Below, piece after piece: positions 47,801-57,570 of a stretch of DNA of 64,000 bases. The stretch's first letter is position 1. Every line of letters begins with the position of its first letter. The position numbers were made by a program, and so were the translations under genes. The notes beneath the pieces are model-generated. The model had not been told where the DNA came from, searched no databases, and saw only the letters and a list, made by a program, of their open reading frames with translations. The DNA comes from Actinomycetota bacterium. Lineage in GTDB: Bacteria; Actinomycetota; Actinomycetes; Streptosporangiales; Streptosporangiaceae. The stretch is taken from NCBI GenBank assembly GCA_003168255.1, contig PMSU01000071.1, forward strand, positions 4,601 to 68,600, written 5' to 3'.

Positions 47801-47986
47801 AACGACCTGCTGCCGTTCGCGCTGGATCCGAACGTGTTTATCCAAGAGAGCAAGGTGGCGACCTGCGACATCAGGCCGGGGCGCAGGCCGCGCGGCGCCG
47901 CGCTCGACGTCCTGGTGGCCAAGTACCGCCACTCGGCGGGCCTGCCCGATCTGCCCGATAACCGGCCGGGCGGGGGTGTCTCGTGA
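44840..47986 (+). CDS. formate dehydrogenase catalytic (alpha, molybdopterin) subunit, selenocysteine-containing; in-frame TGA at 45410-45412
   Basis: Track ORFs 44840..45412 and 45485..47986 are in the same frame, with only sense codons between them. The joined product reads CPYCAVGCG (4Fe-4S) ... IENQARI-U-HSATVPGLGTSFGRGGATTF... This matches the ARV-U-HGPTV..FGRG active site of E. coli FdnG-type enzymes. Confidence 0.85.
45413..45450 (+). promoter_or_regulatory. SECIS-like hairpin immediately 3' of the UGA
   Basis: Stem GTCCCC (45425-45430) / GGGGAC (45436-45441) with loop GGTCT. It begins 13 nt after the UGA, in the distance range known for bacterial SECIS elements. Confidence 0.5.
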
Positions 47987-48909
47987 GCGGCCGGATGCAG
48001 CGCCCGGTGGCCGACGTGGTGGCCGAGGCCGGTTACGACGACCCGCCCGAGCGCGTCGGGTTCTTCACCGATACCAGCGTGTGCATCGGGTGCAAGGCCT
48101 GCGAAGTGGCCTGCAAGGAGTGGAACGCGCTGCCGGGCGACGTGTCAGGAGATTCCTGGGCTTCCGGCGCCGCATCGCTGTCCGCCGCGCCGCCCGATGC
48201 GCTCGCGCTCACCGGCATGTCCTACGACAACACCGGCCAGCTCGGCGCGGACTCCTGGCGGCACGTCGCGTTCATCGAACAGCAGGTGCCGGCCGGGCAC
48301 GGCACAGCGCTGGCGCTGGCCGACGACGTGGCGGAGTCCGACGGTACCCGCTGGCTGATGGCCTCCGACGTGTGCAAGCACTGCACGCATGCGGCGTGCC
48401 TGGACGTGTGCCCGACTGGCGCCCTCGTCCGCACCGAGTTCGGCACCGTGATCGTGCAGCCAGATATCTGCAACGGGTGCGCCTACTGCGTCTCCGCCTG
48501 CCCGTTCGGTGTCATCGACCGCCGCGAGGACGATGGCCGGGCCTGGAAGTGCACGATGTGCTACGACAGGCTGCGCGGCGGCCTGGAGCCGGCCTGCGCC
48601 AAGGCCTGCCCGACCGACTCGATCCAGTTCGGCCCGCTCGACGAGCTGCGGGCGGCGGCGGCGGCCAGGCTCGATGAGCTGCACGAGGCGGGCGAGGCAA
48701 GCGCGCGGCTGTACGGCGAGGATCCGGACGACGGTATTGGCGGGGCGGCGGCATTCTTCCTGCTGCTCGATGAGCCGGAGGTATACGGCCTGCCGCCCGA
48801 CCCCGTGGTAACCACCAGGGACCTGGCCGCGATGTGGCGATGGGCAGGTGGCGCGGCCGCCATGCTCGCCGCCGGGACCGTCGCGGTGTTCGCCCGGAGC
48901 CGCGTATGA
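47983..48909 (+). CDS. formate dehydrogenase iron-sulfur (beta) subunit
   Basis: GTGA overlap with the alpha subunit stop. Ferredoxin-type motifs CIGCKACEVAC, CKHCTHAAC..CP, CNGCAYCVSACP and CTMC..CAKACP. Confidence 0.9.
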   Translation: MSGRMQRPVADVVAEAGYDDPPERVGFFTDTSVCIGCKACEVACKEWNALPGDVSGDSWASGAASLSAAPPDALALTGMSYDNTGQLGADSWRHVAFIEQQVPAGHGTALALADDVAESDGTRWLMASDVCKHCTHAACLDVCPTGALVRTEFGTVIVQPDICNGCAYCVSACPFGVIDRREDDGRAWKCTMCYDRLRGGLEPACAKACPTDSIQFGPLDELRAAAAARLDELHEAGEASARLYGEDPDDGIGGAAAFFLLLDEPEVYGLPPDPVVTTRDLAAMWRWAGGAAAMLAAGTVAVFARSRV

Positions 48910-49922
48910 CGCACGAGCCGCAGCCGCAGGATGCCGCCGGGGTCCAGGCCCGCTCCTACTACGGCCGGCCGGTGCTGAAGGTGACCAGGTGGCGCGAGCC
49001 GCATCTGCCTGCTTACCTGTTCCTCGGCGGGCTGTCCGGCGCTTCCGCCACGCTCGCCGCGGTCGCCGCCTGCACCCGGCGACCCAGGCTCGCTCGCGCG
49101 GCCAGGCTGGCCGCGGCCGGCGGCGCGCTCGGCGGCACCGGTTTCCTGGTCGCAGAGCTCGGCCGCCCGGAGCGCTTCCTCAACATGCTGCGGGTAGCCA
49201 AGCCCACATCTCCGATGAGCATGGGTGCATGGCTGCTCGCTGTGCACTCGGGACTGGTGATGGCCGCGGCGGGCAGCGATGTGACCGGGCGGCTGCGCCG
49301 CACCGGCGCGGCGGCGGGAGCCGCTGCGGCGCTGACCGGTCCCGTGCTCGCCACCTACCCCGGCGTACTGCTCGCGGACACCGCGGTGCCTGCCTGGCAT
49401 TCGGCCTACCGTCAGCTCCCGTTCCTGTTCGCCGGCAGCGCGATGGCAGCGGCCGGCGCGTCTGGCCTGGCGGCAACTGCCTGGCAGCGGTCCGGCCAGG
49501 ACGAAGGCGAGCCCGCGCTGCGGCTCGCCCTGCTCGGTGCGGCCGTTGAGGCGGCGGCCGGGCTGCACATGGAACATCGCCTCGGCCTGGCGGGCGAGCC
49601 CTATCGTGACGGCGACTCCGGCAGGCTCATGCGGGCGTCGCACACGCTGACGCTGGCCGGTGCTGGCGCGGGAGTGGTCATGGGCGTGGCCTCGCGGTCG
49701 AACCAGGAGGCCGCCAGGCGAGGGAGCCAGGGGACCGCCACGTGGTGGAGCCGCGGGACCGCCACGCTTTGCGCCGCGCTGCTGGGCGGCGGCGCGCTAT
49801 GCACCAGGTTCGCGGTGCTGCGCGCCGGGATCGCGTCCGCCCGCGACCCCAAGTACGTCGTCGAGGCGCAGCGGCGGCATCCGGTACCGTCGGCAGACGA
49901 CGGCCAAGGAGGTGCGCGTTGA
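48906..49922 (+). CDS. NrfD/PsrC-like integral membrane (quinone-interacting) subunit
   Basis: ATG 48906 overlaps the beta subunit stop (ATGA). About 8 helices. W..P.LPAYLFLGGLSGAS and ELGRPERFLNMLR are typical of the NrfD family. Confidence 0.8.
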   Translation: MTHEPQPQDAAGVQARSYYGRPVLKVTRWREPHLPAYLFLGGLSGASATLAAVAACTRRPRLARAARLAAAGGALGGTGFLVAELGRPERFLNMLRVAKPTSPMSMGAWLLAVHSGLVMAAAGSDVTGRLRRTGAAAGAAAALTGPVLATYPGVLLADTAVPAWHSAYRQLPFLFAGSAMAAAGASGLAATAWQRSGQDEGEPALRLALLGAAVEAAAGLHMEHRLGLAGEPYRDGDSGRLMRASHTLTLAGAGAGVVMGVASRSNQEAARRGSQGTATWWSRGTATLCAALLGGGALCTRFAVLRAGIASARDPKYVVEAQRRHPVPSADDGQGGAR

Positions 49923-51775
49923 CTTCGGAGGTTCTGCGGCAGCGGGCGGAGATCGAGCAGTCCATCGAGGGCCTGACCCTCTGCGATCCCTTTAGGGACC
50001 TGGCGGAGCGATCAGGCAGCAGTCCGGCCTACTCCGACCGGCTTGCCAGCGACGGTGCGTGGGAGACGCTGACCTGGGCCCAGGCGCGGCAGCACGCGCT
50101 GGAACTGGCCGCTGGCTTCGCCGAACTCGGCCTGGCGCCCGGCGAGCGGGTAGCGCTGCTGATGCCTAACCGGGTTGAGCATGTGCTCGCTGACCTCGGG
50201 GCCGTGCACGCCGGCGGCGTGCCCGTGACGTTCTACGCCACGATGTCCGCGGATCAGATCGCCTACATGGCGGCCGATTGCGACGCCCGGATCGCCGTTC
50301 TCGACGGGGCAGCCGAACTGGCCCGGCTGGAGTCCGTGCTCGCCCGGCTGCCGGGCCTGAAGAAGATCATTGTCAGGGACTCCAGCGCCTGCCCGGCAGA
50401 TGAGCGCTACCTTGCCTGGCGCGATTTTGCCGCGCTCGGCCAGGACCGGCTGGCGGCGGCGCCCTCGCTGGTGGCCGAGCGGATGGCGCTGATCACACCT
50501 GGTGACCCAGTGACGCTGCTGTACACCTCGGGAACCACCGGCAACCCCAAGGGCGTCGTCATCACGCACCGCAATGTGCTGTACGAACTGGCCATAGCCA
50601 GGCACTCCGGAACCGTTCGCGACCACGTCCGCTGGGTTTCCTACCTGCCGCTTGCGCACATCGCGGAGCGCATGTTCAGCATCTACATGCCTATCAGCTT
50701 CACCGGCCACGTGCATTTCTGCCGTGACCCGGCCGCCAACCTGGTGAGCACGCTCGGCCAGGTGCGGCCCACCGCGTTCTTTGGCGTGCCGCGGATCTGG
50801 GAAAAGGTGCAAGCGGGTATCCGGGCACTGCTGGCGCTACAGGATGACCCGGAGCAGCGGGCGGCCGCCGAGCAGGCCATGGACACCGGCCGACGGTACG
50901 TGGAGAGCTGCCAGTTCGGCCGGAGCGTGCCCGACGACCTGGCCGAGGAATTCAGGCAGGCCGATGAGAGCGTCCTTCAGCCCATCCGCGCACTGATCGG
51001 GCTGGGCGACACGACAGCTGCGTCGAGCGCGGCCGCCCCGCTGCCGCTGGAGGTGGGCCGGTTCTTCGCCAGTCTTGGCATGAAGATCCTCGACGTGTAT
51101 GGCATGACGGAGACGACCGGCGCGTTCACGGCCAACAGGGAAGAGGAATTCAAGCTGGGCACGGTCGGGCGGCCGGTTCCGGGCACGGAGGTCAGGCTCG
51201 CCCCGGACGGAGAGATCCTCACCCGGGGCCCGCTCAACACTCCCGGCTACCTCAACCTGCCCGAGGCCACTGCCGAGCTGATCGACTCAGCGGGCTGGCT
51301 GCACACCGGCGACATCGGCTCGCTGGACTCCGACGGCTTCCTCTCGGTGGTGGACCGCAAGAAGGAACTCATCATCACCGCGGGCGGCGAGAACGTCTCC
51401 CCAGCCGCGATCGAGAACCTGCTCGTGGAGCACCCGCTGATCGGCCAGACGGCTGCCTATGGCGACCGGCGTCCCTATGTGGTCGCTCTGCTCACCCTCG
51501 ACGGCGAGGGGGCAGCAGCCTGGGCCAGGGCACACGGGATCGCGGCGTCCTCAGGGACGGAGCTGGCCGGCCATCCCGACCTGGTTGCCGAGGTCGCCGC
51601 GGCCGTCACCGCGGCGAACGCGAGGCTGGCCCGGGTACAGCAGGTCAAGCGGTGGCGGCTGCTCCCGGTGGAATGGACGCCGGAGAGCGAGGAACTCACG
51701 CCCACCCTGAAGCTCAAGCGCCGGGTGATCTACGCCAAGTACGCCGACGTCATCAGCCAGCTCTACGAGGGTTGA
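49919..51775 (+). CDS. AMP-dependent acyl-CoA synthetase/ligase (long-chain FadD-like)
   Basis: TTG 49919 lies 6 nt after AAGGAGG (49906-49912) and overlaps the NrfD-like stop (TTGA). LLYTSGTTGNPKGV and GWLHTGDIG motifs. The upstream 59 track codons are Arg-rich read-through. Confidence 0.85.
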   Translation: MTSEVLRQRAEIEQSIEGLTLCDPFRDLAERSGSSPAYSDRLASDGAWETLTWAQARQHALELAAGFAELGLAPGERVALLMPNRVEHVLADLGAVHAGGVPVTFYATMSADQIAYMAADCDARIAVLDGAAELARLESVLARLPGLKKIIVRDSSACPADERYLAWRDFAALGQDRLAAAPSLVAERMALITPGDPVTLLYTSGTTGNPKGVVITHRNVLYELAIARHSGTVRDHVRWVSYLPLAHIAERMFSIYMPISFTGHVHFCRDPAANLVSTLGQVRPTAFFGVPRIWEKVQAGIRALLALQDDPEQRAAAEQAMDTGRRYVESCQFGRSVPDDLAEEFRQADESVLQPIRALIGLGDTTAASSAAAPLPLEVGRFFASLGMKILDVYGMTETTGAFTANREEEFKLGTVGRPVPGTEVRLAPDGEILTRGPLNTPGYLNLPEATAELIDSAGWLHTGDIGSLDSDGFLSVVDRKKELIITAGGENVSPAAIENLLVEHPLIGQTAAYGDRRPYVVALLTLDGEGAAAWARAHGIAASSGTELAGHPDLVAEVAAAVTAANARLARVQQVKRWRLLPVEWTPESEELTPTLKLKRRVIYAKYADVISQLYEG

Positions 51776-51800
51776 GCTGCTCGCGCGATCCGCTACCCGC

Positions 51801-53855
51801 CTACCGGCGGTACACCTGGACTTCGCGTACCTGGTAGTCCAGCTTGAACCCGACATGGGTGAGGTAGCGGGAGATGGCATGCGGCACGTTCGTGGGCCAG
51901 ACAATCACCCAGCCGACATTCATCCGCCGGGCATCTAGGGCGGCCGCGGCGTACTCGGCATGGGTCAGATGCCTGCCTGGCTTGTACCAGGCGGTCATCA
52001 GACCGGTATAGAACGGGTGAACTTTGAACCCGCTGATGGTTGAGGCGGGCACCCGGGAGATGAGCCCGTCCGCGAGCGGGTGGCCGTCGGCGGTCGCCAG
52101 GACCTCCGACTGGGGTGCGAACGGCGGTCCGTAGACAGGGGGGCCGCCGCGGATACCGAGCGGGAAGTCGACGACAATCGACGCCGAATGGTCTGCGGCG
52201 ATCGGGCCGTCAAGAGCGGACATCGAGGTAGCCATCGTCCCGATCCGCAGCGCCTGGGGCATCACGTTGCCTGGCGGGTTACCCGACCAGCCCAGCTCCA
52301 GGAGGCTGAGTGCGAGCACCACGACCAGCACCGGCTTGGCGTGATAGCGCAGCCAGTTCACCGTGCTGCCGGCCAGCAGCGCCCCTCCTGCCAGCCCGAG
52401 CTCGGCCAGCCGGTCTGCCTCGCGGAAGTTTGACATGCCGGGCAGCCGGACGAACCAGGTGTACGGCATGAGCAAGGACACCCGCACGCCGTCCCACTCC
52501 TGCGCGAACGGCACGAACAGCCTCGTGCTGATCCACAGGACCGGGCCCAGCGCGAGCAGGGCACCGCCAACCGACAGCAGCGCTAGCAGCCATGCGCTGC
52601 GCCGACGCCAGGAAACGATCAGCCCGGCCACGGCGAGAACGGTCAGCGCGACTCCGAACATGGGCGTGTCCGATGCCTGGAGCTCGCTCTTGTATTGGTG
52701 CGCGGGGTTGATCATCCCGTGCTGGTAGAAGAAGGATGCCGGCCCCGTCAGGCCCAATGACGCAATGTGCGGCGAGGGTGCCACCAAGCCCAGCAGGCCC
52801 GCACCGTAACTAAGGTATGAGACGGCCAGCCTGCCCGGCGGGAAGGCCGCGCCGCCGGCCGCTGCCTGCTGGACCATGGCGATGATCTGCGGACTCGCGA
52901 CCACCAGGGTGACGATCGCAGCGAGCGCTACCGGCCACAGCCTGGCCAGGACGGCCCTGGCCCACGGTGGGCCGTTGCCCCCCGCCTCCCGCTCTGTCCC
53001 ACCCGCACCACTGGCCTCCGCCGTGCGTTTGGCCCGGGCGGGACCCAAGATCAGCCAGGGCAGCAGCGCCAGCACCACCGCGAACGTCGCCAGGATGGCC
53101 GACTCCTGGTCGGTCAGCAGCGCCGCCCCCAAGACCACGCCGAGGATCACGGCCTGGCGCCAGCCCGGCCGTCGGCTCAACCGCACCGCCGCCTCCAGGC
53201 CCAGCGGGATGAACAACGCGCCTAGCGCCAGGTTGAGCTCGTACCAGCTCTGGTCGGCGAGCATGGAGGACAGGCCAAAGAACGCGCCCGCGGCAATCGC
53301 GCCTATCTGGGAGGGTAGCCACAGCCGTGCCACCCGGTACATGGCGTAGCACAGCAGCCCCGGCGTGAGCGCCGACAGCAGGTTGTAGGAGGCGGACGGG
53401 CCGAAGGCGAGGGTGATGGGCGTCATCACCAGGCCAGGCAGCGGCATCAGGGTGTGAAACCCGAGCTGTGTCCCGACCGGGGCGGCTATGTCGCGGGTGA
53501 ACCACGGGTTGGACAGGTGCACGACCTGGTGGGCAACCCAATGGAAACCCCAGACGAAGGAACCTGCATCGCGGGTTCCCGGCAGCTTGTGGGCCCACAG
53601 GTAGCTGGCCCGCGGCCAGGTGAAGAGGATCCCGCCACCGAGGTAGCCGAAAAGGATGACCAGATGGCGGGTGACGGGGGAATGCATCCACCCCGCGGCC
53701 CGCGAGCCGACGTGTGCAGCAGGCGGACCGTCGGCTTTCTCCGCGTCGCCGGCACACTCCCCGTCAGTGACCGCGAGTGAGCTGGCTGAGACGGCCGGGC
53801 CGTTCCCCGTGCCGGGGGGCACATCGCTGTCCCCCGGCGGGCCCGCTTGATCCAT
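51801..53855 (-). CDS. large polytopic membrane protein, possibly a GT-C-fold glycosyltransferase-like protein
   Basis: ATG 53855 after GAGGTG. More than 10 helices in the first 480 aa or so, then a soluble C-terminal domain. Only the overall architecture supports the GT-C suggestion. Confidence 0.6.
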   Translation of the reverse strand: MDQAGPPGDSDVPPGTGNGPAVSASSLAVTDGECAGDAEKADGPPAAHVGSRAAGWMHSPVTRHLVILFGYLGGGILFTWPRASYLWAHKLPGTRDAGSFVWGFHWVAHQVVHLSNPWFTRDIAAPVGTQLGFHTLMPLPGLVMTPITLAFGPSASYNLLSALTPGLLCYAMYRVARLWLPSQIGAIAAGAFFGLSSMLADQSWYELNLALGALFIPLGLEAAVRLSRRPGWRQAVILGVVLGAALLTDQESAILATFAVVLALLPWLILGPARAKRTAEASGAGGTEREAGGNGPPWARAVLARLWPVALAAIVTLVVASPQIIAMVQQAAAGGAAFPPGRLAVSYLSYGAGLLGLVAPSPHIASLGLTGPASFFYQHGMINPAHQYKSELQASDTPMFGVALTVLAVAGLIVSWRRRSAWLLALLSVGGALLALGPVLWISTRLFVPFAQEWDGVRVSLLMPYTWFVRLPGMSNFREADRLAELGLAGGALLAGSTVNWLRYHAKPVLVVVLALSLLELGWSGNPPGNVMPQALRIGTMATSMSALDGPIAADHSASIVVDFPLGIRGGPPVYGPPFAPQSEVLATADGHPLADGLISRVPASTISGFKVHPFYTGLMTAWYKPGRHLTHAEYAAAALDARRMNVGWVIVWPTNVPHAISRYLTHVGFKLDYQVREVQVYRR

Positions 53856-54156
53856 CGGTTCACCTCGTCTGGCGCGTTGCTGCAGATTTGCGCGCCTGAC
53901 CCGACGCTGACCCAACGATAGATGGCTGAATCACACGTACAGGGTATGACGGGGCAATCGTGCGCACAGGGCATTGCTATGACAGTAGCCAAAGAGCCTA
54001 CCGCTCTGCCGCCATGGCGAGGGCCCGGCTGGCGTCTCTGGCAGGATGACAGCCGGTACCGAGCGTCAGGGTGCTGCGTGCGAGCCGTGCACTGCATGCC
54101 TGCCGACCGGCTGGTCAGCTGCGACGCCCCCGGTCAGCGGGAAGGAGCGAACGGGT

Positions 54157-55521
54157 ATGGTCGCGCTCGTGGAGACCTGGGACGACCCCCGGCGCCGGGC
54201 CGGAGCTGATGAGGCGAGGCGGCTGGTCCCGCGTACCGACGTGGTGCTCGCCGACCCCCGGCTGGTGACGGCCCAGCAACGGCTCGGGCGGGACCTGGTC
54301 AAGGATGCGGTGTCCCGCGCACAGGAGGCGGCAAGGGCCGGCCGCATCCCGCCGGGCGCGGTGGCAGACGCCGCGGTGGCCGGGCTGCCGGCCCGGTCAA
54401 CCACGCTGATTCCCGTGATCAACGCGACCGGGGTACTGCTGCACACCAACCTCGGCCGCGCGCCGCTGTCGGCCGCTGCCCGTGACGCACTCCAGGCGGC
54501 GGCGGGCTGCACCGACGTGGAGTTTGACCTGTCCGTCGGGGCACGTGGCAGGCGCGGCCGCGGCACCTTGGCCGCGCTGGCCGCCGCGGTGCCCGCGGCA
54601 GAGGCTGTCGCGGTGGTGAACAACAACGCGGCAGCGGTTGTGCTGGCCGCGACCTCGCTCGCTTCGGGTAAGGAGATCGTGGTCAGCCGGGGCGAGCTGA
54701 TCGAGATCGGCGACGGGTTCCGCCTGCCGGACCTGCTGGAATCCACCGGCGCGCGGCTGCGCGAAGTCGGCACCACAAACCGGACGACCGCGGCCGACTA
54801 CCGGGACGCGATCGGCCCGGACACCGCGTTCCTGCTCAAGGTGCACACGTCCAACTACCGCATCGAGGGCTTCACGGCGGAGACGACCATCGCCGAGCTC
54901 GCCGGGCTCGGCGTCCCCGTGGTGGCCGACATCGGGTCCGGGCTGCTCGCCCCGAACGCGGTGCTTCCTGACGAGCCCGACGCCGATTCCGCCTTGCGGG
55001 CAGGCGCGAACCTGGTCACCGCGAGCGGCGACAAGCTCCTCGGCGGCCCGCAGGCCGGCCTGCTGCTCGGCAGCGGTGAGCTGGTGCGCAGGCTTACCCG
55101 GCATCCGCTAGCCCGGGCGCTGCGGGTAGACAAGCTGACCCTGGCCGCCCTCGAGGCAACGCTGGCAGGTCCGCTGGCCCCGGTGGCGGCCGCGCTGACC
55201 GCCGATGCCAATTCCCTTAAGCAGCGTGCCGAACGGATGGCATCCCAGCTGGCCGCTCTTGGCATAGACGCCCGCGCCCAGACCACCCAGGCCGCGGTCG
55301 GCGGCGGCGGAGCGCCAGGTGTGACGCTGCCAAGCGCGGCGATCAGCCTGCCGCCAGAGCTGGCGGCCGTGCTGCGCGCGGGCGAGCCGGTGCGCCGGGG
55401 CGACGCGATCGCCGTTGTCGGCCGGGTCGCCTCCGGCCGCCTGCTGCTTGACCTGCGCGCGGTCCCGGCGCAGGACGACGAGCTGATATCCGCGGCCGTC
55501 ATCGCCGCGGCCTCGGGGTAG
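54157..55521 (+). CDS. selA: L-seryl-tRNA(Sec) selenium transferase
   Basis: ATG 54157 lies 9 nt after GAAGGAG. INATGVLLHTNLGRAP and PLP-lysine motif ASGDKLLGGPQAG. Confidence 0.9.
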   Translation: MVALVETWDDPRRRAGADEARRLVPRTDVVLADPRLVTAQQRLGRDLVKDAVSRAQEAARAGRIPPGAVADAAVAGLPARSTTLIPVINATGVLLHTNLGRAPLSAAARDALQAAAGCTDVEFDLSVGARGRRGRGTLAALAAAVPAAEAVAVVNNNAAAVVLAATSLASGKEIVVSRGELIEIGDGFRLPDLLESTGARLREVGTTNRTTAADYRDAIGPDTAFLLKVHTSNYRIEGFTAETTIAELAGLGVPVVADIGSGLLAPNAVLPDEPDADSALRAGANLVTASGDKLLGGPQAGLLLGSGELVRRLTRHPLARALRVDKLTLAALEATLAGPLAPVAAALTADANSLKQRAERMASQLAALGIDARAQTTQAAVGGGGAPGVTLPSAAISLPPELAAVLRAGEPVRRGDAIAVVGRVASGRLLLDLRAVPAQDDELISAAVIAAASG

Positions 55522-55526
55522 ATCCT

Positions 55527-57560
55527 GTGCAGGTCATCGCCACCGCCGGTCATGTGGATCACGGCAAGTCCGCGCTCGTGCGCGCCCTCACCGGCATGGA
55601 GCCTGATCGCTGGGCGCAGGAACGCCGCCGTGGCCTGACCATCGACCTGGGCTTCGCGTGGCTGACCCAGCCGGACGGGGAACGGCTGGCCTTCGTAGAT
55701 GTTCCCGGGCATGAGCGGTTCGTGCCGAACATGCTGGCTGGCGTCGGGCCGGTGCCGGCCGTGCTCTTCGTGGTCGCCGCGGACGGCGGCTGGATGCCGC
55801 AGTCCGCCGAGCATCTCGCTGCCATCGACGCGCTGGGCATCTCCCGCGGGCTGCTCGCGGTGTCGCGGGCTGACCTGGCCGATCCGGGGCCGGCGATGCG
55901 TGAGGCCAGCGAACAGATAGGCCGGACCAGCCTCGGGCAGGTTCCCGCCGTGGCGGTCAGCGCGCTGACGGGGCAAGGCCTGCCCGAGCTGCGAACGGCA
56001 CTCGCGGAACTTACCGCCGGGCTGCCCGCGCCGGATCCCGGTGCCCCCGTCCGGCTGTGGGTGGACCGGGCGTTCAGCATGACCGGCAGCGGCACTGTCG
56101 TGACCGGGACACTTCCCGCGGGAACGCTGCGGGCAGGGGACGAGCTACTGCTCACCCCGGCGATGCGTCCGGTCAGGATTAGGGCCATCGAGTCGCTCAA
56201 CGAGAAGACCGCACAGGTCACCGGCGTCGCCAGGGTCGCGGTCAACCTCCGCGGCACTGCGGTGGCTCAGCTCGCGCGGGGGATGACGCTCGTGGAGCCG
56301 GGCTGCTGGACGCTGACCAGCATGATCGACGTCCGGCTGGCAGGTCCGGCGGAACGCCGGGACGGCGGGCCTGACCCGCGGCTGCCGCGGCAGGTGACCG
56401 TGCACATCGGGTCGGCTAGGACGCAGGCGCGGGTCCGCCGGTTCGGCGGGCCGTTCGTCCGGCTGAGCCTGCACGAGCCACTCCCGCTGCACGTGGGCGA
56501 CCGGCTGCTGCTGCGCGACCCCGGCGCCCCGCCGATCAACCGGGAACAGATCACCAGGGAACGGGCCCGGCAAGCCGCCGCCGCGCCCGGCCGTGGTCGC
56601 GACGCCGGTCTGCCCCCCGGCAGCCCGGCGCGCGACGCAAGGCCGGCGATCACCGGGGCGATCGTTCTGGACGTCAGCCCGCCGGCCCCGCCGCGCCGGG
56701 GCGCTGCCACGGCGGTGAGCCGAGAACTCGGCGGCTGGCCCGACCCGCCCGGTGCCGGGGATCTGCTGCGCCGGCACGGGCTCATCGAGGCGGTCGCGCT
56801 ACGGGCGATGGGCCTGGCCGTTCCGGCCGAGGATCCGCGGCCCGGCCGGCCCGTGCCGGTCGGCCAGGCTGCCGCGGACCCGCGGCCGGGTGGGTCCGCG
56901 CTGGTCAGGGCGGCCGGGTGGCTCGCGGATCCCGGGCACTGGTCGGAGCTGCGCGAACGGCTCGCGCAAGCCGTCGAGGAGCATGCGGCCGGTGATCCGC
57001 TCGCGGTGGGAATGCCGCTGGAGGCGGCCCGCGCGGCGGCCGGCCTGCCGGACCGCAGGCTCGTCGAGGCGCTGGCGGCGGAGCCCGGCGGCCTGGCATC
57101 TGGCCGGCGGCTGACCGTCGCGGATGGCTACCTCCGCAGTGCAGCCGGATCCGCACAAGGGGGAGCGGGGCACCGTTCGGAAAAATCTTTGGTGAACCCA
57201 GCCCTGCCCGGCAAGATCGCGGACGCGGTGGCGGCGCTGCGAGCCCAACTGTCCGCCAGCCCGTTCCGCGCGCCGGACGCCGGGCGGCTCCGCGAGCTGG
57301 GCCTGGACCGCAAGGCGATCGCGGCAGCCGAGCGGGCCGGCCTGCTGGTGCGGATCAGCCCGGAGATCGTGCTGGCTCCCGGGGCCGACGCCGAGGCGGC
57401 CCGGATCCTCGCCGGGCTGCCGCAGCCGTTCAGCGCGGCGCAGGCCAGGCAGGCGCTGGACACGACGCGTCGGGTGGCGATCCCGCTGCTGGAGTACCTG
57501 GACCGGGCGGCGGTCACCCGGCGGCTGCCCGACGACCGGCGGATGCTGAGGCCGCACTAG
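55527..57560 (+). CDS. selB: selenocysteine-specific translation elongation factor SelB
   Basis: GTG start. G-domain AGHVDHGKS, DVPGHERF. Long winged-helix C-terminal region ending in the mRNA-binding WH domains. Contains an Arg/Ala-rich insert around residue 340. Confidence 0.9.
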   Translation: MQVIATAGHVDHGKSALVRALTGMEPDRWAQERRRGLTIDLGFAWLTQPDGERLAFVDVPGHERFVPNMLAGVGPVPAVLFVVAADGGWMPQSAEHLAAIDALGISRGLLAVSRADLADPGPAMREASEQIGRTSLGQVPAVAVSALTGQGLPELRTALAELTAGLPAPDPGAPVRLWVDRAFSMTGSGTVVTGTLPAGTLRAGDELLLTPAMRPVRIRAIESLNEKTAQVTGVARVAVNLRGTAVAQLARGMTLVEPGCWTLTSMIDVRLAGPAERRDGGPDPRLPRQVTVHIGSARTQARVRRFGGPFVRLSLHEPLPLHVGDRLLLRDPGAPPINREQITRERARQAAAAPGRGRDAGLPPGSPARDARPAITGAIVLDVSPPAPPRRGAATAVSRELGGWPDPPGAGDLLRRHGLIEAVALRAMGLAVPAEDPRPGRPVPVGQAAADPRPGGSALVRAAGWLADPGHWSELRERLAQAVEEHAAGDPLAVGMPLEAARAAAGLPDRRLVEALAAEPGGLASGRRLTVADGYLRSAAGSAQGGAGHRSEKSLVNPALPGKIADAVAALRAQLSASPFRAPDAGRLRELGLDRKAIAAAERAGLLVRISPEIVLAPGADAEAARILAGLPQPFSAAQARQALDTTRRVAIPLLEYLDRAAVTRRLPDDRRMLRPH

Positions 57561-57570
57561 AGTCGGCCGC

